Origin: Myxococcota bacterium
GTDB taxonomy: Bacteria; Myxococcota_A; UBA796; SXON01
Assembly (NCBI GenBank): GCA_040386535.1
Contig: JAZKFH010000025.1
Coordinates: 128,001 to 192,000 of the forward strand
Direction: 5' to 3'
Length of the DNA stretch: 64,000 bases
The first letter of the stretch is position 1; every line of letters starts with the position of its first letter. Both the position numbers and the translations under genes were made by a program. Of the stretch, positions 50,525 to 60,989 are shown piece by piece. The notes beneath the pieces were generated by a model. The model was not told where the DNA came from, searched no databases, and saw only the letters and a program-made list of their open reading frames with translations.

Positions 50525-51349
50525 ATGCACGCGCTTCAGGCTCCCCACCTGTCGAGCGCGGCCCGCGTCGCCGATCCCCCGGTCCATATCGGGGTGTACG
50601 ACGGGCCCCTCGAGCTGTTGCTTTTCCTGGTTCGCCGGGAAGGTGTGGACGTGCGCGACATCCCGGTCGCCCGGATCTGCGACGCATACCTGTCCTACCT
50701 CGACAAAGCGGACGAGATCGACGTCGACCAGGCGGGGGACTACCTCGTGATGGCCGCGACGTTGTGCCAGCTCAAGGCGCGCGAGTTGTTGCCCCGGGCG
50801 GCCGAGTCGAAGGAAGAAGAGGAGGAGATCGACCCGCGCGAGGCGCTTGCGCGTCGCCTCCTCGAGTACGAGCGCTTTCGTGACGCCGCCGAGGAGCTGG
50901 GGAAGCGCGAGCGCCTCGACCGCGACGTGTTCGCCCGCATCGCCGAGCCCCCCGCGCCGGACGAGCAGCACATCGACCCGGGCACGGACGCGTTCGGGCT
51001 GCTCCGCATCTTCTACGCGGTGGCCGAGCGCGCCGCGCGCCCGCCACACGAGCATCGTGTCGTCCGCGAGCGCTTCTCCTTCGCGGACACCGTGCGGTGG
51101 ATCCTCGGGCGCCTGCCCCCTGGCGAGGAGACCCTCCTCTCCGAGCTGATGATGGAGGTGACCACGCGCTCGCGGCGCATCTTCACCTTCCTCGGCGTGC
51201 TGGAGATGGCGCGGCTGCAGCTGGTCGACGTGGTGCAGCACCTGCACCTCGGCGCGATCCGCGTCACCGGAAAGATCAGCCTGGAAGACGCCGACCTCTC
51301 CGCCCTCCCGATCGAGGAGACGGACGACGACGAGGCCGCGGATGGCTGA
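50525..51349 (+). CDS. scpA: Segregation and condensation protein A
   Basis: YDGPLELLLFLV, YLVMAATL, DPREAL, TFLGVLEM. Confidence 0.95.
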   Translation: MHALQAPHLSSAARVADPPVHIGVYDGPLELLLFLVRREGVDVRDIPVARICDAYLSYLDKADEIDVDQAGDYLVMAATLCQLKARELLPRAAESKEEEEEIDPREALARRLLEYERFRDAAEELGKRERLDRDVFARIAEPPAPDEQHIDPGTDAFGLLRIFYAVAERAARPPHEHRVVRERFSFADTVRWILGRLPPGEETLLSELMMEVTTRSRRIFTFLGVLEMARLQLVDVVQHLHLGAIRVTGKISLEDADLSALPIEETDDDEAADG

Positions 51350-52064
51350 GCAGGACGACGAGGACAACGTCGTCCTGTTCCGGCCGCTCGCGCTCGAACG
51401 TGAGCTCGCGGCGCCCGAGGCCGATACCGAAGGGGGGCCGCCGCCGCCCGAGCTCTTGGTCCCGGCGGTGGAGGCGTGCCTCTTCGCCGCCGCGGGGATC
51501 GTTACCGTCGCGCAGCTCGCCGCCGCGCTCAAGCTCGACGCGGGCCTCATCGAGAGCGCCCTCGAAGCCCTCGGCGAGCGCCTTCGCCGCACCGGCTCGG
51601 GCGTGCGCCTCGCGCCCGTGGGCGATGGCTGGCAGCTGCGCACGGAGGCCCGCCTCGCGCCCTGGGTGGCCGCCATCCGGGGTGGCAAGCCCGTCAGGCT
51701 CTCGCGCGCCGCGCTGGAGACCCTCGCGGTGGTCGCCTTCCGCCAGCCCGTGTCGAAGGGCATCGTGGACGACATTCGTGGCGTGGACTGCGGCGGTGTC
51801 CTCCGCATGCTGCTCGATCGTGGCCTGCTCAAGATCGTGGGCCGCTCGGACGACCCCGGCCGCCCGCTCACCTACGGCACGACGCCCGCGTTCCTCGAGC
51901 TCTTCGGGATGCGCAGCCTCGCCGACCTCCCCACGCTCAAGGACCTGCGGGCCCTGCGCGACGACGACCCGCCGGACGGCGGCGTGGTGCCCTTCCCAGA
52001 TGGCGGGGCTGATGGTGGGACGGGCGGCGGGCCGGACAGCCCCGGCGGCTCCGGGCCAGGCTGA
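51342..52064 (+). CDS. scpB: Segregation and condensation protein B
   Basis: LSRAALETLAVVAFRQP, IRGV, PGRP.TYGTT..FLELFG. Confidence 0.95.
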   Translation: MAEQDDEDNVVLFRPLALERELAAPEADTEGGPPPPELLVPAVEACLFAAAGIVTVAQLAAALKLDAGLIESALEALGERLRRTGSGVRLAPVGDGWQLRTEARLAPWVAAIRGGKPVRLSRAALETLAVVAFRQPVSKGIVDDIRGVDCGGVLRMLLDRGLLKIVGRSDDPGRPLTYGTTPAFLELFGMRSLADLPTLKDLRALRDDDPPDGGVVPFPDGGADGGTGGGPDSPGGSGPG

Positions 52065-52165
52065 GGCAGGCTCGCCAGGAAGGCGCCATTGTGTTAGCCG
52101 CCGATTTCGCCCGCGAACTCGCGGAGAGCGTACGTGCCCGTCGTGAGACGGCCAGGAGAAAGATC

Positions 52166-53113
<948 letters not shown>

Positions 53114-53120
53114 TCTCGAA

Positions 53121-53150
53121 GCCGGGCCTCTGCCAAAACAGAGGCCCGGC
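53121..53150 (+). other. Perfect 12-bp hairpin between the two tRNAs
   Basis: GCCGGGCCTCTG-CCAAAA-CAGAGGCCCGGC with no U tract. Confidence 0.6.
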
Positions 53151-53270
53151 TCCCTGAAGAGATTGTTGAAGAGAGCGGGTCACTCGAAAGAACGCGTGCA
53201 CCAAAATGCAAGCTGACTTGGAAGTGACACAAGCGCGATGACCGGTAACAGGTTATCAAGCAAACATCGT

Positions 53271-53347
<77 letters not shown>

Positions 53348-53352
53348 ACTAC

Positions 53353-53397
53353 AAGCCCGGGTCTTCGCGAAAGCGGGGGCCCGGGTTTGTCGGTTTT
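53353..53397 (+). terminator. Intrinsic terminator after the tRNA pair
   Basis: AAGCCCGGGTCTTCGC-GAAA-GCGGGGGCCCGGGTTT followed by a T-rich tail. Confidence 0.75.
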
Positions 53398-53409
53398 CGG
53401 CTTGGTGGT

Positions 53410-53459
53410 TCGGAGTGGGCGATGTCGGAGTGGGCGATGTCGGAGTGGGCGCTGTCGGA
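53410..53459 (+). repeat. 15-nt tandem repeat, 3.3 copies
   Basis: TCGGAGTGGGCGATG x2, TCGGAGTGGGCGCTG, TCGGA. Confidence 0.9.
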
Positions 53460-53600
53460 TTGAGGCGCTGCCGTAGGATTGGGCCGGGCTCGGCACGCCC
53501 GATCCCGCCAACCTGCCGCGATTCGTGTCACGTTCCCCGGGTTGACAGAAACCCGGTCTGGCAGCCGACGCGCTTTACGTCGGCGGCCGGGTCGCCCGAA

Positions 53601-54923
53601 TCACTCCGCCCAGCGGCCTCCGCTCACCCCGATGTCGTTGCGGCTGCCGTCCTGGTCGTTCCAGGACGCGTCGGGGTAGCCGGCGTCGACCAGGGGGCTC
53701 GCGGCGTCGACCGTGAGGTCGTCGGGGAAGGAGGCGAAGCCCGGGTCGGCCGTGACCGAGCTGGCGGAGGTGAGGCCGCACGTGTTGGTCGTATTGCCCC
53801 AGAACGCGTTGTGGCTGGCCGTGTAGGGCACGTCCGACGAGATGCCGCAGGCGCCGTTCACGAAGACGCTGGAGACCATCCAGCTGGCGCTGCTGCCGCC
53901 GAGCAGGGCGAGGCCCGCGTCCGCGCCCCAGAACACGCTGTTGCCGACGTAGACGCTCATGTACTCGAAGCGGGCGCCCTCGACGCCGCCGCCGATCACC
54001 GAGTTGTAGACGTAGGCGCGCTCGGACGGGGTGTCCTCCTCGTCGTAGGCGTAGATCCCGGCGATCCCGCCCTCGATGCGCGAGCGCTTGACCTGGATCT
54101 CGCCGTGGTAGGAGTACAGGCCGTACCCGCCGTCGCACGTGAGCTCGTTGTCGAGGAGCAACGTCGCGTTGTGTTGCCAGATGGCGTAGTCGCCGCCGCC
54201 GCAGTCCGCGCGCAGCCGCGTGGCCGAGAAGGAGCCGCCGTCCGTGAGGATGGCCTGGCCGCCCGCGATGATGTCGTTGTCCTCGAACACCACGTCGATC
54301 ATGTCGACCCAGGCGACGTTCAGGTGCGCCACCGCGAGGCTCTCGCCGTTGCCCGCGAACACGACGTCCTCGAGCTTCAGGGACGCGTAGTGCACCTCGA
54401 GGGCGGAGCCGCCGCCGGGATCGTAGCCGTCTTCGATCGACACCCCGGCGAGCCGCGTGCCGTCACTCTCGGCGTCTTCGACGTCGACCACGGTGCCGCC
54501 GTAGTCGCCGTCGATCACGGTGTTGGCCGAGCCCTCGATGCCGAAGATATCCAGGTACTTGGAGATGTAGTTGATCCGCTCGTGGTACTCGCACGGGGCG
54601 AGCCCGATGCGGTCGCCCGAGGTCGCGGCGTCGATAGCCGCCTGGATCGTGGTGAAGTCACCGCCGCCGTTGCAGTCGACCAGCCAGTCGTAGTCGGGGA
54701 GGTCGGGCACGGTGCCGGTGTCGTCGGTGTCCCCGGTGTCGTCCACGGTGTCGGTCTCGTCCGTGTCCTCGGTGTCGGTGTCGTCCGTGTCGTCGGTGTC
54801 GACGCTGCCGGTGTCGTCCACGCCGGAGTCGACCGGCTTCTCACCGAGCTCGATGCCCGTGGGGTCGCAGCCGAGCGCCCAGACGGGCAGGAGGAGCAAC
54901 GCGACGAGGTGGAGGCGGCTCAC
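53601..54923 (-). CDS. Parallel beta-helix (pectin-lyase-like fold) lipoprotein with Asp/Thr-rich linker
   Basis: Lipobox ALGC; VDCNGGGDFTTIQAAIDAA; C-terminal DGSRNDIG; GTGA coupling. Confidence 0.75.
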   Translation of the reverse strand: MSRLHLVALLLLPVWALGCDPTGIELGEKPVDSGVDDTGSVDTDDTDDTDTEDTDETDTVDDTGDTDDTGTVPDLPDYDWLVDCNGGGDFTTIQAAIDAATSGDRIGLAPCEYHERINYISKYLDIFGIEGSANTVIDGDYGGTVVDVEDAESDGTRLAGVSIEDGYDPGGGSALEVHYASLKLEDVVFAGNGESLAVAHLNVAWVDMIDVVFEDNDIIAGGQAILTDGGSFSATRLRADCGGGDYAIWQHNATLLLDNELTCDGGYGLYSYHGEIQVKRSRIEGGIAGIYAYDEEDTPSERAYVYNSVIGGGVEGARFEYMSVYVGNSVFWGADAGLALLGGSSASWMVSSVFVNGACGISSDVPYTASHNAFWGNTTNTCGLTSASSVTADPGFASFPDDLTVDAASPLVDAGYPDASWNDQDGSRNDIGVSGGRWAE

Positions 54924-56131
54924 CAGCCACCCCCGATGGAGAGGGGGCCGCCGTAGACGCCGATGTCGTTCCGGGAGCCGTCGACATCCTCGTAGTCGTC
55001 CGAGTCGTCGGGGCCGGCGTCGATGGCGGGGCTCCGCGCGCTCAGGGTGTAGTCGCCCGTGGCGGCGTCGGTGAACAGCGGGTTGACGCCGAGATTGTCG
55101 TCGGTGCCGACCGGGTCGACCAGGAGCCCGCACACGTTGGTGGTGTTGCCCCAGAACACGTTGTTCCGCAGGGTGAAGTCGTCCGTGTCCGCGTTCACCC
55201 CGCACGTGGCGCCGGTCACGACGGAGCCCTCGATAGTGGTGGCGAGGTAGACCTGGGAGAAGGTGACGCTCCCGTCGATGATGCTGTTCTTCAGGATCAT
55301 CGAGCCGTAGGTGACGCTGACGCTGCCCTCGACGACGGTGTTGGAGAGGTTCACGTAGTCGTCGTAGTGGTCGTCCTCGGTGAGGACCGTGACCGAGCCC
55401 TGGAGCGTGCTCCGCTGGATGATGCCGACGGCGTGCTCCCAGTCGGTGGCGACGCTGCCGGCGCAGTCGATGTCCGCCCGGTCGAAGATGGCGGAGCCGT
55501 GCCCGAGGTGGGCGCCGGTGGTCGAGCTGCCGCAGTCGAGGACGAGATCGGAGGCGACCAGCCCGCCGCGCGACATGTAGATGACGATGCCGTAGCTGTT
55601 GCGGTTGCCGGTCATCGTGACGCCGGCGAGCTCCACGTCGGCGCTGGCGCCGTAGAGCGTGGTGAAGCCGCGGTTGTCCTGGAGCACCACGTCGGCGAGG
55701 CGCAACGACGCGAAGTCGACCGAGACGGCGGCCTCGCTCGCGGACCCGCCGTTGGTGATGGTGAAGCCCTCGAGCGTCGTGCCCGTGCCTTCTCCGAGCA
55801 CCGCCCGCACGCCCGCGCCGCCCCCGCGCGCATCGATGATCGTGACGGCTGAGCCCCCGGTGGAGACGATCTTCAGGGTCTTGCCGTCGAAGTCGACGCC
55901 CTCTTCGTACGTGCAGGGCGCGACGTGGAGGAGGTCCCCGTTCTCCGCCGCCGCGATGGCCTCGCCGATCGTCTCGAAGTCCCCCCCGCCGGTGCAATCC
56001 ACCTCGGCATCCGGCAGATCGGTGTCGGAAGCCGGCGACCGCGGCCCGGAGAGGGCCTCCGTCGCGGTCAGGGGCTCGATCGGAGACACCGTCGAGCCAC
56101 ACGCGGTCAACATCACGAGGAGGAAGCGCAT
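54920..56131 (-). CDS. Parallel beta-helix lipoprotein, paralog of the adjacent gene
   Basis: Lipobox LTAC; VDCTGGGDFETIGEAIAAA; SPAIDAG..DGSRNDIGVYGG. Confidence 0.78.
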   Translation of the reverse strand: MRFLLVMLTACGSTVSPIEPLTATEALSGPRSPASDTDLPDAEVDCTGGGDFETIGEAIAAAENGDLLHVAPCTYEEGVDFDGKTLKIVSTGGSAVTIIDARGGGAGVRAVLGEGTGTTLEGFTITNGGSASEAAVSVDFASLRLADVVLQDNRGFTTLYGASADVELAGVTMTGNRNSYGIVIYMSRGGLVASDLVLDCGSSTTGAHLGHGSAIFDRADIDCAGSVATDWEHAVGIIQRSTLQGSVTVLTEDDHYDDYVNLSNTVVEGSVSVTYGSMILKNSIIDGSVTFSQVYLATTIEGSVVTGATCGVNADTDDFTLRNNVFWGNTTNVCGLLVDPVGTDDNLGVNPLFTDAATGDYTLSARSPAIDAGPDDSDDYEDVDGSRNDIGVYGGPLSIGGGW

Positions 56132-56207
56132 CCTCGTGTTGTAGATCGGAACGCCGCGCCGACGGAACCCCTTTTTGACAGCTTCTTGTAAGAAGCGGGG
56201 CGGCCGG

Positions 56208-57074
56208 TCACGCCGGTTCGAGCACCCGTGCCGGTCGCTTGCCCGCCAGCGCTCGGCCGCGGCCTTCGAGCTCGATGGCGTCGTGCGCGCAGAAGATGCG
56301 CACCTCGTCGCCGTGGTGCCGCGCCAGCTCGCGGAGGCGCGCCTGGTTGGCCAGGCGCAGGTCGTGGTCGACCTCCATGAGCGACTGGTAGGCGGAGAGG
56401 CCCGGTGTGCACGTGGGGCGGGAAGGATCGAGCTCCTCCCGGTAGAAATAGGCGTCGCCCGCGTGCAGCATCCACCGATCGCGCCCCTTCACCGCCACGC
56501 CCGCGTGCCCCCGCGTGTGTCCCGGCAGCGGAACGAGCAGGATCTCGGGCGGGAGCCCCACGAGCCCGCGGACGACCGGAAACCCGAACCACGGCTCCCC
56601 CGCCGGCTGGTACGTGCGCCACCGCACGTCGGCGTCCCATTGCCGGGGGCGGTAACGTCCGCGCGCGATCAGCCCGTCGCGGTGGCGTGCGGAGTCGAGC
56701 TCGTCCGCCATCACGTGCACCGTGGCGCCGGGGAAGTCCTCGATGCCGCCGGCATGGTCGAAGTCGAGGTGCGTCAGGACGATGTGGCGCACGTCGGCGG
56801 CCCGGAAACCGCGGGTGTGCAGGCGGGCCAGGGCCGTCTCCTCGATCTGGAGGCGCGGGCGCAACACGGTGGTGAAGGCGCGGGACAGGCGCGGGTGGGG
56901 CTCCGCGACGTCCTCGGTGCCGAAGCCGGTGTCGACCAGGACGAGGCCGTCGTCCGTCTCGACGAGGAGGCAGTGGCAGACCAGCCGCCCGGTGAGCCCG
57001 TCCGACACGCCGTCCACGAAGCTGCCGCCCCATGGACACATGGTCCCGCAGTTGAGGTGTTGGATATCGAACAT
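56208..57074 (-). CDS. MBL-fold metallo-hydrolase (lactonase-like)
   Basis: LVDTGFG, THLDFDHAGG, PGHTRGH, AGDAY, CAHD. Confidence 0.9.
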   Translation of the reverse strand: MFDIQHLNCGTMCPWGGSFVDGVSDGLTGRLVCHCLLVETDDGLVLVDTGFGTEDVAEPHPRLSRAFTTVLRPRLQIEETALARLHTRGFRAADVRHIVLTHLDFDHAGGIEDFPGATVHVMADELDSARHRDGLIARGRYRPRQWDADVRWRTYQPAGEPWFGFPVVRGLVGLPPEILLVPLPGHTRGHAGVAVKGRDRWMLHAGDAYFYREELDPSRPTCTPGLSAYQSLMEVDHDLRLANQARLRELARHHGDEVRIFCAHDAIELEGRGRALAGKRPARVLEPA

Positions 57075-57253
57075 CGTGGCCCCCTGGATGAAACCCGGCG
57101 TGCGAGGGCGAACATCCAGAGGGCCCGCGCGTGTGTGGGCGGCGTCCGGTCGGAGATCACGCCTCGGGGCGGTACGGCGCCCCACTGGCGCTCGCGCGTA
57201 GCATTGGCGGGACGGCTCACGTGCCGCTACCATGGGGGCCCATCGGAGCCCAC

Positions 57254-57913
57254 ATGTCGCGACTGCTCGCCCTCCTCCCCCTCCTCGTCGCCTGCGTCGA
57301 GGAGGTCGTGCCCGAGAAGGTAGAGGAGGAGGTGGTGCTCGCCCCCTTCGGCGAGCCCTACGCCGCCATCTTCGCGGCCACCGAGCCGGGGTACCTGCGC
57401 GACACGTGCGAGCTCGGCGTCGAGCTGTTCGAGACGGGCGCCGAGACCGCCGCGCTGTCCCAGTCGTTCCGCGCGCAGGGCGGCGAGTGGGCCGGGGTCG
57501 CGATCAACGCGGAGATCCAGTACACGGCCGTCGCCACCTGGGACGACTGCACGACGCTCGACTCGACGGGCACCGGCACGTTCACCTCCGGCACCTTCTC
57601 CGGCTCCGAAGGGGACATGTTCCTGTTCCGGTACGACGGCGTGACGGGCGCGTACGAGGTGATCGTTCAGCGCGAGGACTTCGAGGGGGGCCGGGCCCTC
57701 ATCACGTTCGTCGACACGGCCACGTCCGCCGACGTGCAGAACCTCGCGGGCGAGATCGGCGTCCAGGCCGAGCTCGTGAGCACCACGGGCAAGGACTACG
57801 ACATCTCGTGGGACGGCGCGCGGTCCGTCGGATCCGTGCTCGCCGCGTTCGCGGACGACAACATCTACCTCGACGGCGGCCCCGTCTGGATCGAGGTCCC
57901 CGACTGGTGGTAG
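57254..57913 (+). CDS. Hypothetical lipoprotein
   Basis: Lipobox LVAC; GGAG SD; acidic composition. Confidence 0.7.
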   Translation: MSRLLALLPLLVACVEEVVPEKVEEEVVLAPFGEPYAAIFAATEPGYLRDTCELGVELFETGAETAALSQSFRAQGGEWAGVAINAEIQYTAVATWDDCTTLDSTGTGTFTSGTFSGSEGDMFLFRYDGVTGAYEVIVQREDFEGGRALITFVDTATSADVQNLAGEIGVQAELVSTTGKDYDISWDGARSVGSVLAAFADDNIYLDGGPVWIEVPDWW

Positions 57914-58119
57914 GCCCGGGAAGGTGGTTGTAGGCCGCGTGTAAGGCCGGCGCCTCCAGAGGCCCCCGAACAGGATCGCCGGATGCCGGACGTCGCTGCT
58001 CGAACGGGGGGGAACCGGCGGCCCGAACACGCACGCGACGGAGATGCGGTGTCGCGAGGCGGATCGCTTCGGACCCCGCGACGGAGCCCACCAGGAGCCC
58101 ATCCGCGTATCGTCGGAAC

Positions 58120-60297
58120 ATGCCGACACACCCCACCGTCGCCTTGGACCTCCGGTCGGACTCGTCCGACCCGCTCGACCCCGCCGAGCTCGTGGACCTC
58201 GTCCGGCACATCGCCCCCGGCGTCGGATCGAAGGTCGTCCTCGGGCTCGCCGCGATCCTCGCCCCGATGGACCCCGAGCACCCGCTGCCCACGCGGCTCG
58301 ACGCGTTGGTCGCGCTCGCGGCGTGGCTGCGCGGGGCGACGCCGCTGGTGCTGCCCGATGGCGCGAGCGTGGGCGATCGGTCGGTGGCCGGGCGGTTGTG
58401 GCTCCTCGTCGAGGTGCTCCGCGCGGCGCCGGCGTGGCGGGCGGCGCTCTCGCAGCTCGTGACGAGCGTGCTCCTCGACACCTCCGCCGTGCGGCTGTTC
58501 GCGAACACGGGGCTGCCGTCCGAGCTGCGCTTCTTCGCGGAGTTCGCCGACCGGCTGGCTCGGCGGGGGCTCCCCCGGCCGCCCGAGCACACCTGCCTCG
58601 CGGCGCTCGTGGCGCGGATCTTCCCGGACGCGCGCGCCACCCACTGGCTCGACGCCGCCCCGCCGCTCCTCGTGGCCGAGCTGGCCGAGCTGCTGATGGA
58701 GGCCGACACCGGCGGCCGATCGGGCGAGCCGAGCGTCCGACGCCGGATGGGCGACGAGGCCGCGGACGCCCTGGCGCTCCTCACGGTCCGCGCCGCCGCG
58801 CTCGGGCTCGACGGGGACATCCGCTCTCGGAGCGAGGTGCCCGACGTGGGCGCGGAGCCCGTCTTCGCGCTCGTGCGCACGTGCGCGGCCTACCTCGATG
58901 CCCGCCGTCGCGCCGATGCCGGCGACCGCGTCGGGCAAGTGGAGGCGCGCCGGCTCCGCGCGGAGGCGGCGTGGCACGTTGCCTCGGCGCGCGTGATCCT
59001 CGACGGGGTCGTGGCGCGGCTCGATGAGGGCGGCGTCAGCGTCGACCTCGTGTTCCGTGTCGAGCTGCTCGGGCGGCTCCTCGGGCGCGCCGACCACCTC
59101 CTCGCGCTGCTCGACACCGACCCGCCCGATCGCGCCCTCCAGCGCGCCCGCGGCGTGCGGCTGGTCCGCGACCTCGTGGGCCAGGCCGTCGGCGATCGAA
59201 GCCTCGTGACCCTGGTGCAACAGAACAGCCGGCTGCTCGCGCGCCGCATCATCGAGCGCGCGGGCGAGACCGGCGAGCACTACATCACGTCGAGCCGCGC
59301 CGAGTGGCACGCGATGTTGGGGTCCGCGGCGGGCGGCGGCTACCTCACCGCGGGGACGACGCTCGTGAAGTTCTGGGTGGGTTGGGCCCACCTGCCGTAC
59401 TTCTTCGAGGCGGCGTTCCTGGGCGTCAACTACGCCGCGAGCTTCGTGGCGATGCAGTTCCTCGGGTTCACGCTCGCGACCAAGCAGCCCTCGATGACCG
59501 CGGCGTCGCTCGCGGCGAACATCGACAACAGCGGCCACGACGGGCTCCTGCCGCTCGTCGACCTCATCTCGCGCACGTTGCGGTCCCAGCTTGCCGCCTT
59601 CCTCGGGAACGTCGGGATGGTCGTGCCCGTGGCCCTCGCGGTCGACTTCATCCACGAGACGTGGGCCGGCGAGCCCTTCCTCGACGCCCACACCGCCGCC
59701 TACGTCATCACCGCCCATCACCCCTGGCACAGCGGCACCGTCTTCTTCGCGATGTTCACGGGGGTGCTCCTGTGGGCGTCGAGCATCTTCGGCGGGTGGC
59801 TCGAGAACTGGAGCGCCCTCCACCGCCTGCCCGAGGCCATCGCCCAGAGCCCCTTCCTGGGGCGTCGGTTCGGGCACGTCCGCGCCGAGGCCCTCTCCCA
59901 CGGCTTCGTGCGGCACATCTCGGGCATCGGGACCAACGTCTCGCTCGGCCTCCTCCTCGGCGCCGCGCCGATCGTCGGCAAGTTCTTCGGCGCCCCGCTG
60001 GATGTGCGCCACGTGACGCTCTCGACCGGCGCCCTGACGTTCGCAGGCGCTGCCGTGGGGCCGCTCGCCATCGTGGGGCCGGCCTTCCGCGAGGCGGTGC
60101 TCGGGATCACCCTCGTCGGCATGCTGAACTTCTCGGTGAGCTTCGCGCTCGCGCTCGCTGTCGCCCTCCGCGCGCGTAACGTGCCGCTGGTCACGCTCGT
60201 GGCGCTGCTCCGCGCCGTGGTCGGGCGACTGTTGCGACGGCCGATGAGCTTCGTCTACCCGCCGCGCGAGGGCTCGGGCGCCGACACCCCGCCTTGA
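58120..60297 (+). CDS. Gcr-type ('site-specific recombinase' annotation) multi-pass membrane protein
   Basis: AGETGEHYIT, TLATKQPSMTA, RSQLAAFLGNV, LDVRHVTLS; several TM helices. Confidence 0.85.
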   Translation: MPTHPTVALDLRSDSSDPLDPAELVDLVRHIAPGVGSKVVLGLAAILAPMDPEHPLPTRLDALVALAAWLRGATPLVLPDGASVGDRSVAGRLWLLVEVLRAAPAWRAALSQLVTSVLLDTSAVRLFANTGLPSELRFFAEFADRLARRGLPRPPEHTCLAALVARIFPDARATHWLDAAPPLLVAELAELLMEADTGGRSGEPSVRRRMGDEAADALALLTVRAAALGLDGDIRSRSEVPDVGAEPVFALVRTCAAYLDARRRADAGDRVGQVEARRLRAEAAWHVASARVILDGVVARLDEGGVSVDLVFRVELLGRLLGRADHLLALLDTDPPDRALQRARGVRLVRDLVGQAVGDRSLVTLVQQNSRLLARRIIERAGETGEHYITSSRAEWHAMLGSAAGGGYLTAGTTLVKFWVGWAHLPYFFEAAFLGVNYAASFVAMQFLGFTLATKQPSMTAASLAANIDNSGHDGLLPLVDLISRTLRSQLAAFLGNVGMVVPVALAVDFIHETWAGEPFLDAHTAAYVITAHHPWHSGTVFFAMFTGVLLWASSIFGGWLENWSALHRLPEAIAQSPFLGRRFGHVRAEALSHGFVRHISGIGTNVSLGLLLGAAPIVGKFFGAPLDVRHVTLSTGALTFAGAAVGPLAIVGPAFREAVLGITLVGMLNFSVSFALALAVALRARNVPLVTLVALLRAVVGRLLRRPMSFVYPPREGSGADTPP

Positions 60298-60989
60298 CCC
60301 GGGCCCCGCCCCGGACGTTGACCGGGACGGCGTTCGGGCGCCACGATCTCCGCGAGCGGGGGCAGGGGATCCACGACCGGGACGCCCGCCAACGCGCGGG
60401 CGGACAAGGACGGGGGGAAGGAGAGGTGCGCGTCGGTCGCCGCCTGCTCCAGCTCCGCGAGCAGCGCGCGCGACGCCGCGGTATGCACGCTTCCGGTGTG
60501 GACCGCGGCCGTGACGGCGGTGGCGTCCGGCACGATCCGCGCCGGATCGGCGTACCGCACCTCCTCCACGAGCGATTCGAGGACAAGGCGCACCTCGAGC
60601 TCGACCCGCTTGCGCTCCTGGACGGCGTTGAGCGGCTGGGCTTTCTTGGCGCCCTGTCGATCGGCCCGCTTCCCGCCGGTCGTCGTCCGTCCGCTCGACT
60701 TGGTGGTCCGCGCGCCGGGGCTGGAAGGGCCGGGCCGGCGCAGCGTGTCGGGCCCGGGATCGGTGGTCACGAAGAGGGTGTCGAGCTCGCCGAGCGAGAG
60801 CGCACCGTCCTGGTCGATGTCCACGTCCGTGAAGCTGGCCCCCGCGATCGTGTGGGCCTCGTACTCCGCTTGCTCCAGCCGCCCGTCCTGGTCGCTGTCG
60901 AGCGCCTTCCAGGTGGGGGCGAGGGCGCCGGCCTCGGTCCACGGTTCGGCGCACGCGAGGAGCCACGGGAGCAGGGCGAGCGTCGTCAC
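60255..60989 (-). CDS. EF-hand lipoprotein
   Basis: Lipobox LLAC; EF loops DSDQDGRLEQAE and DIDQDGALSLGE; GTGA coupling to the sulfatase gene. Confidence 0.7.
   Translation of the reverse strand: MTTLALLPWLLACAEPWTEAGALAPTWKALDSDQDGRLEQAEYEAHTIAGASFTDVDIDQDGALSLGELDTLFVTTDPGPDTLRRPGPSSPGARTTKSSGRTTTGGKRADRQGAKKAQPLNAVQERKRVELEVRLVLESLVEEVRYADPARIVPDATAVTAAVHTGSVHTAASRALLAELEQAATDAHLSFPPSLSARALAGVPVVDPLPPLAEIVAPERRPGQRPGRGPGQGGVSAPEPSRGG

Noticed and set aside
53410..53459. CRISPR array
   Set aside because: 15-nt units with no spacers and no cas genes
58120..60297. 'Site-specific recombinase' as evidence of a mobile element
   Set aside because: A multi-pass membrane protein with no tyrosine or serine recombinase catalytic motifs that I can see; the family name is not evidence of mobility
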